A stretch of DNA of 54,597 nucleotides, filler included, from Sphacelaria rigidula (taxonomy: Eukaryota): the NCBI GenBank assembly GCA_964200075.2. It is 5 parts of 5 records of this genome, joined end to end, with 100 filler letters (N's around TTAATTAATTAA, not from the genome) between each part and the next. Parts side by side here need not be neighbours in the genome. Positions count along the whole stretch, not along the records: positions 43,759 to 54,597 come from CAXNAA020005824.1; 4 more parts are not named here. One strand, 5' to 3'. Shown piece by piece: positions 48,471 to 54,597 of the stretch. The first letter of the stretch is position 1. Each line of letters begins with the position of its first letter. The notes beneath the pieces were generated by a model. That model was given only the letters and a program-made list of their open reading frames with translations, was not told the origin of the DNA and did not search any database. Position numbers and translations under genes: made by a program.

Positions 48471-49471
48471 GTGAGTCATGACGGGTATTCCTGTGTCAAG
48501 TACGCAGTAATAGCAAGGTCGGCAGTGTGTCAATTTTCTGTGAATATCGAGACGACATGCGTCGCTACACTGCACCGTCAAAGTTGGTGCCGTTTGTTGA
48601 GAGAAAGAGCAGCGGAAGACATGATGAATAGACATGTCCAGGGAGTCGTGTTTTTGGAGTCAAAGTGCACGTGCGAGCCGAGGACATGGCATCACGATTC
48701 AAGATTTCCGATTGGCGGGTCTGCACGAGGGCCAAAATGGTGTCTCGTTCCCCATGTCATTGCACAATCCTTCATGATGCAGTATCAGGCCCCAGTTGTG
48801 TAGCGATGCGCCGTAGGATTAGAGTTAAGGTTGAGGTGACCCGCGGCGCTGTGCGGATGCGTTGCGATGCTGTGTGGCTTGCCTCACGCGCTGACCTGAC
48901 TCTCAAAACCGACCTGCTCACGGTGAGTCCGACGGATCTTTTAGCACGCCTACAGTACCAATATTAGAGATGCCGGAAGATATTGTTTCTCATTATAGAG
49001 TCAGTGTTCAGAGTGGAAGCTTCGAAACTTCAGAGAGGACGCTAAAACGTTCATGGCGGAAGCTGATGTGACGTGGCTTGACGTGATCTTTTGTTGTCGA
49101 AGTGATTGGCCGCAGGTTGCCCCACCAAATGTGCGATCGACCAGCGTCCAGGTCGAAAACGCACAGGTCGGCACAGCACTGACTGTACCGTACCCTCCGG
49201 CACCGTACGTACCGTACACTACGCTTCACTGCACTTGCCGTACTTCAGTTCACTACGGCGTACTACAGGAAACCACGAGCTGGGCCAGCTTAAAAGCGGC
49301 TAAACGTTGTCCACACTACAACTTTCCTAGTTTCCCGAATTAACCCGATGTAAGCATATCACTGCAAAGTGCAGACCAACCTGGTAACACGCGGCACCGC
49401 TGAATGAAGAAAAGCTTGAAAAAACAATTTACTGCATAATACATGACCTCAAAGACGGACGAAAAATAAAT

Positions 49472-49880
49472 GAATCTTTCGGGATTCGAACTCGTGACCT
49501 CCATTATTGGAGTCTCCCGTATCACTTGAATGATAGGGGCGCGGCTGTGTCACACAAAACGTCGCACGCTCGACCCAATTCGACGATTCTTGAGCTGAAA
49601 TTTCACGAAACCCTTCTGCACCCAAGGAAATGATACATCGCGGGAGCAACTGCAGATTTTCATATTTTTTCCTGTAGTTACAATGTTATCTTCTTTTTGC
49701 TGAAAGTTCAAATCCCCAAACCTTGCTTTGTTTTCTTCTTTTTGTTTGCTGCCCTCAAGATGTTTTGCATGTCAATTACAATAAGCTGCTGTCAAAATTT
49801 CAGCGTCCAACTCCTGATTTTACGCTGCGCGTTGCCTGAGCTAGGAAACTACCCACTGCTGGCTGGCCCAGCTCGTGCAG
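49472..49880 (-). mobile_element. Second copy of the ~400-bp repeat seen at 41234-41645
   Basis: Colinear similarity at both ends and internally. Confidence 0.6.
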
Positions 49881-50754
49881 TGTGGAGTACAGACACTGCA
49901 ATACAGAGTGCAATGCAGAACCCTACGGCAGTGCATTGCGGTACGGTGAAGAGCAGCTACACCGCACAGACAGTTGTACCGTCGTACAGTACCCAGCACT
50001 TTCAAACAACAGACAAGACCGCATTGCAATGATTTTACAACGTGCCACCCGTAACGGCGGTGCAAGGCGTCATGACCTCTAACGGAATGGCAATGTAGCC
50101 AGGTGTAGTACTGCTTGTGTGCTGTAGACTACGAATCGTTCACACCGTGTCTTGTTCCAGCTGAAGCTCGCAACAGTGAGGAACTGCACCCAACGCAACG
50201 TCGTGTACCCGCCGAGCATTTCAATTTTCACGCAACACAATCGAGCGAATACTGATACCATGGCGGCGTCAGGAAGGGCCTCTGATTGCGATGCCAAGCG
50301 TTTTTACCTCTTGATTTGCCCATTGTGATGAGCATGGCACTTGTGATGGATGTCCCACTTTGTTTGTTAGGGTATATTGGTTTGGACTGGCCGTGAACAT
50401 GGTGGTGAAGGTGGGCGTGTTTTTTTTTTTCGCAATGGACTCTGAATCTGAAGATGTACAGCGGTTTTAGAGTGAAGAGGTGCAGACGGCACTCTGACGC
50501 TGAAACAATCGCTCTCGACAAATATTCAGAGTGGAGCGTGCACCGTTACCGGCTATTTTTCCCTTCACTCTGACTCTTAGATGGGAAATACGTTTGCCGT
50601 AACTCTCTATTGGAGATTCAGCCTTAGTGTCATGTAAACAATGGGAACGGCGATTTCCCACACCTTGACCCTACTTATCCTCCCCCTCTGAACCCCCCCC
50701 CCAAAAAGAAACAAAACAAAACGTATGTTGGCAATGTTTCCCCCCATACTGTAC

Positions 50755-51116
50755 GTGTGTTGTCATCCCAACAGTTCTGAACACCAGACCACACCGTTTC
50801 GGCATATGTGGGCGCACCAGCCAGGGCCACACAGGAGAAAGGTCTAGCCTAGAGTTTTTCTAGATTTTTGTTTGTTTCAGCACTCCACGTTCCTTCTGCA
50901 ATGCTTCTTGTTAAATTTCGAGAAGGATTTAGCAGTCCCTCTCCCTCGTCGACCGTGAAGGCTAGGTTTGTGTACCCACGACGTAGTGGCTCTCCACTGT
51001 TGGGCATGATGAGAAGTAAAGTCCCAAATGAATCATGTAACTTCACCGAGATTCGAACCTGCGTTCCAAACATCAGAAGGTTACGAGGTTAAGGTTACCA
51101 AGCCACCGGGGCGACC
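50755..51116 (-). mobile_element. tRNA-derived SINE-like element, copy 3
   Basis: Reverse strand reads GGTCGCCCCGGTGGCTTGG...GGTTCGAATCTCGG..., with the body CATGCCCAACAGTGGAGAG...GGTCGACGAGGGA shared with copies 1 and 2. Confidence 0.75.
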
Positions 51117-51231
51117 ATACTACCCTATGATATAGGTACATCACAACTTTCTGCAGTGAGAATCACGCGTTTGATAATGGTGACAGTGAGATATACCTCT
51201 GCTTGTGCTGTGACCAGAAACACCTACCGTT

Positions 51232-51348
51232 GGGGCTGTGAACTGGACCAGTTTGTACTGGCGATTAAACTGGAACTGGAATTGAACTGAAATTGGTGAT
51301 GAAGACTCCAGTTTATCCAGTTTACTTGAAGTGTGACCTTACCGGCTA
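51232..51348 (+). mobile_element. Terminal fragment of the hAT-like family seen at 42089
   Basis: GGGCTGTGAACTGGACCAGTT...CTGGAACTG...TTACCGGCTA, colinear with 42091-42206. Confidence 0.6.
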
Positions 51349-53656
51349 TGTTTATATAAATCTTAGTATGGTGAGTTTATAACAAAGATGCTTACATGAT
51401 TACGAACAAAATGAAAGTAAAATTAGGCCCTGCCCTGACAGCAGTACAAGGACAGACAGTATTGATGGTACGAGCTGGGCCAGCCTAGAACCAGATTTGG
51501 AGTCTGAGGGACCATCCGCAATTTAATACTTGGAATGTGACCCTTAAATTTGGTATGGACAGTCCATAGGTAAAAAAAAAAAAGTATGCATGGACCCAAA
51601 CATTTGTTTTTTTTCATGATTTAGCGGAATTTTACTGAAACCTGAAAACTGATTATTGTCTTCAACTCATTCAAAACATAAACTCCTCGGGTCCACCCAT
51701 AACGTTTTTTATTATGCCCTATTGATTTTGCCTCATAAATTTTAGGGTTCAATTCTAAGTATGAAATTGCGAATGAGCCGTCTAAAAACCGGGCCGGTAA
51801 AATTTGGAACGGTATTTTGCAGGCCACGTACGGACCCACGCGTGGTGTTTGTGTATTGGAATTTTTTGTGGAACTTCGCTGGGACAAAACCAACCAAGAA
51901 AAGTGAGTCAACTCTTTTCCCACTGGTTTAGTATGTTTTAGTATGGTGACGATCATTTTGTTTCATCGTTGGTTCCTTACCATAACCCTAACCCTAACCC
52001 CCTTAACCCTACGAAATCGAAACAAACAGGTTGAGAAAGAAAACTCGAAATCTGCCCTGAGGTAAGAAACAGAGATGAGAAACATTCTAGTCTTGACCAC
52101 GAGCCGGTGAGAAAGACGTTTGGATAATGCTGTCAGGAAGCCACAACGACTAGCGCGGATAATCCAACCAACTTTGACCCCGCTTATCCTGTACCTGTTG
52201 ACCGAGATTGCAGTCGTTCAAGGAAATACATGGAATATGTACGTGAAACAGGTGTGCGTCTGCATTGCTACCGGCGGCACGTGCTGAACCACCCGAGTAC
52301 GGGGATCGAGCACGGTACCGCAACTCATCGTACATCTAGCAGAGCTGTCAGACAGAGTATTCATCGGATTGTCGCAATATGTTTGGGTGGTGGTTTGCTT
52401 GTCGTGCGACCTTGCGTGTTACCTCTGATTAACTTTTTTTGTGTGTGTGCTGCGCCATGATGCATATTTCGGCCTCGACAAAAAATTGCATTTAATAGAC
52501 TCTTGACAACAATTAAATGACCAAAAACGCGTGGCTCACACTTGCCTCACGCTCGGAATCCGCGTACTTGCAGTCTACGTGCGGGAAATGAAGGAACAGA
52601 TCGTACATGCCCACCAAGCGCCTCAAGGCTGGTAAAATGGGTAACGTCCACTCATACAAATTTCCCCGTCGTGGCAGATGGTGAACATACGTGGGTAACT
52701 GTTTGATGATGCTACTGCGTCGTCCTCAGTAAGACCCCAAAAAGTCTGGTGCAATATACACACGTTATCAGCGCCGGTTGCCAGCGGTAAAAAGAAGGGA
52801 GAAATTACTGCTCGTCGAAGATTCCGGCGGAATCAGAAGCTGGAAAAGTCACGAAATTGCCTGCAGGGAGCGAAACCCGAGACATGAAATCTGAAGCCCC
52901 GCGCTAGGTTTCGTATTGGATGGTTGGGTCTGTAGCAAGCAGAGTCTACGATTGATCACATAGATTGATTGAGGTACTTGGACTGATCCCCGAGGGATGT
53001 AGCCGTCACAAGACAGACGTACCCAAGGTGAACAAACCGGAGCATTCGCCGAAGAAACCTGGAAGTGGGAAATGTGTGTGGAACAATTTCGGGGCCAATG
53101 GGTTCTGATGACAAAAGTAACAATGACCGGCCCATGAAGCATCGCTTCATGTGAAAAGGGCCGTGCGCCAAAACCACACCAACACACGCTGAGCCAGCCG
53201 ACAAAAAACATCATGTTCCAGATAGCCACCTGTTTTGAACGACACCGATTTGAGGTATGCGGAGCATAACATTGTAGTCGAAGACTTGAGGCAGTCTCGC
53301 GAAGCCATCTGCGTTTGGAATTGATAGTATTGGTACCGTGAAACCTAAGTCTCCGTTTTGGCCCTTTTACGCCATCGGATTTGTATTTGTTCTCCTGAAA
53401 GTCTCGACAAAAATAAACTGTTTCGAATCCGATCAAACGTTCCGAGCTTGCAAACCCTGATGTGACAACAAGTGGTGAAGGTGTCGTTCTCTTAGTGGTG
53501 GTCGTTCAAAAGTTACCGTCGAGATGGTATATTTTCTTTATTGTAGGTTAGTTTGTATGCAGTTTGGTACCGGAGAAATATCTGTAAGTATCGCCGCGCG
53601 GCACCAACCTGTTCGAGTCAGCGCATGCACGTTCTATACGTGATCGACAAGGTGAT

Positions 53657-53788
53657 TTCCGATACACGCCTCGAAACCCTGAGTTTGGTTTTGTCGAAAT
53701 ATACAACCGACCAATGAAACGGCCGATTCGTGTGGTCGGTCGTATCTCAACGGAACAAAACAACTCAGGGTTTCAGTATATGTGTCGG
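53657..53788. repeat. Short imperfect hairpin (~130 nt)
   Basis: CCGATACA..GAAACCCTGAGTT..ATACAACCGACCA pairs with TGGTCGGTCGTAT..AACTCAGGGTTTC..TGTGTCGG. Confidence 0.65.
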
Positions 53789-54597
53789 CATTTAAGTTGC
53801 CAGTCAGTTGTCAAACTTTCAGATCCATATCTCGGGAAGTAACTTGCCAATAACGTGTCAAACGTTCAGCTCCCAAGTAAAACATGTCGGCCCCGCGTGA
53901 CGATGTTCGGTGATATTTACCATATGTCTGCATCGTCTCGACATTACTCTCATTAGAATTGTTTTTGGTTTGTGCAGTGAACGACGGAGCCAGCAACACG
54001 GAGGAGTGATCAATAACCTTTAAGTTGATAATCCCTGTTCCGGCCCCATGGAAGACGTCGAATGGGGTAAAACTGAGACGTCCACGAGAAAAGAATGCGT
54101 GACCATGTTGTACCTGAAATTCTTCTCTGGCGTTCACTTGTTGCACAAAATGTTGAGCGACGATGGCGTGAATGAAACGCCCAACCAAGCGTATCAGGGC
54201 ATCAAGCCTTGAGATCTGAGAAGGAGCAGGTGGTCGCATGTTGTGTCCAATTACGTGTCGTCTTGGCCTTCCCCTGCAGTAGTAGCTACCTTGTGCTTTT
54301 TTCTTGCCTTCAAGTGTCGATATCCAGCGAACGGCAGCGACCTTGAAAAAGCGTCATATCTGGTTGAGCTCTCCTCTGAAGTTGCCGTTAAAACTGATGA
54401 AGGATATTCATCAATTTCTCAAGCGCGAAAAAATTGCTCGACATGACTGACTTCCGTTGGTCGCACCACAACTGGGAGGTTACGGTGAAGCGTGTATGGG
54501 CTGAGACCTGATGTCGCTGTGTTCTATAGCCTCTGCCAGACGATCTGGACAAGAGGGCTATTCAGTGAGGGACTTCTCCAGAATCCACTGGCCTCAC

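Noticed and set aside
52849-54239. Minus-strand ORFs as a possible tyrosine-recombinase or transposase remnant (similarly 6400-7500 and 46000-48100)
   Set aside because: Only vague resemblance, with no catalytic motif I can identify confidently; needs BLASTx.

Overview
Intron-rich, repeat-rich eukaryotic DNA, most consistent with a brown alga (Phaeophyceae). This is inferred from short GT-AG exons, a plastid-type ftsZ and a 72-nt single-LRR exon like those of brown-algal LRR/ROCO genes. The window is not one locus: four 100-nt N44-TTAATTAATTAA-N44 linkers split it into five contigs of 10840, 10840, 10839, 10839 and 10839 bp. These look like size-sorted unplaced contigs, so neighbours across linkers are probably unlinked. 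Contig 1 carries 6-7 exons of a DUF389 membrane protein. Contig 2 carries an unidentified multi-exon gene with a decayed Ty1/copia element in an intron, and a ~420-bp hairpin. Contig 3 carries tRNA-derived SINEs, nested foldback/TIR repeats and three ftsZ exons. Contig 4 carries the most striking feature: a ~7.6-kb tandem array of ~14 units of ~550 bp. Each unit is an ungapped ~225-bp inverted repeat with an apparent + strand G-U bias and a residual reading frame, making it a candidate gene-derived tandem hairpin-RNA (siRNA/miRNA) locus. A hAT remnant follows it. Contig 5 carries one LRR exon among repeats. All coordinates, alignments and counts were read by eye.
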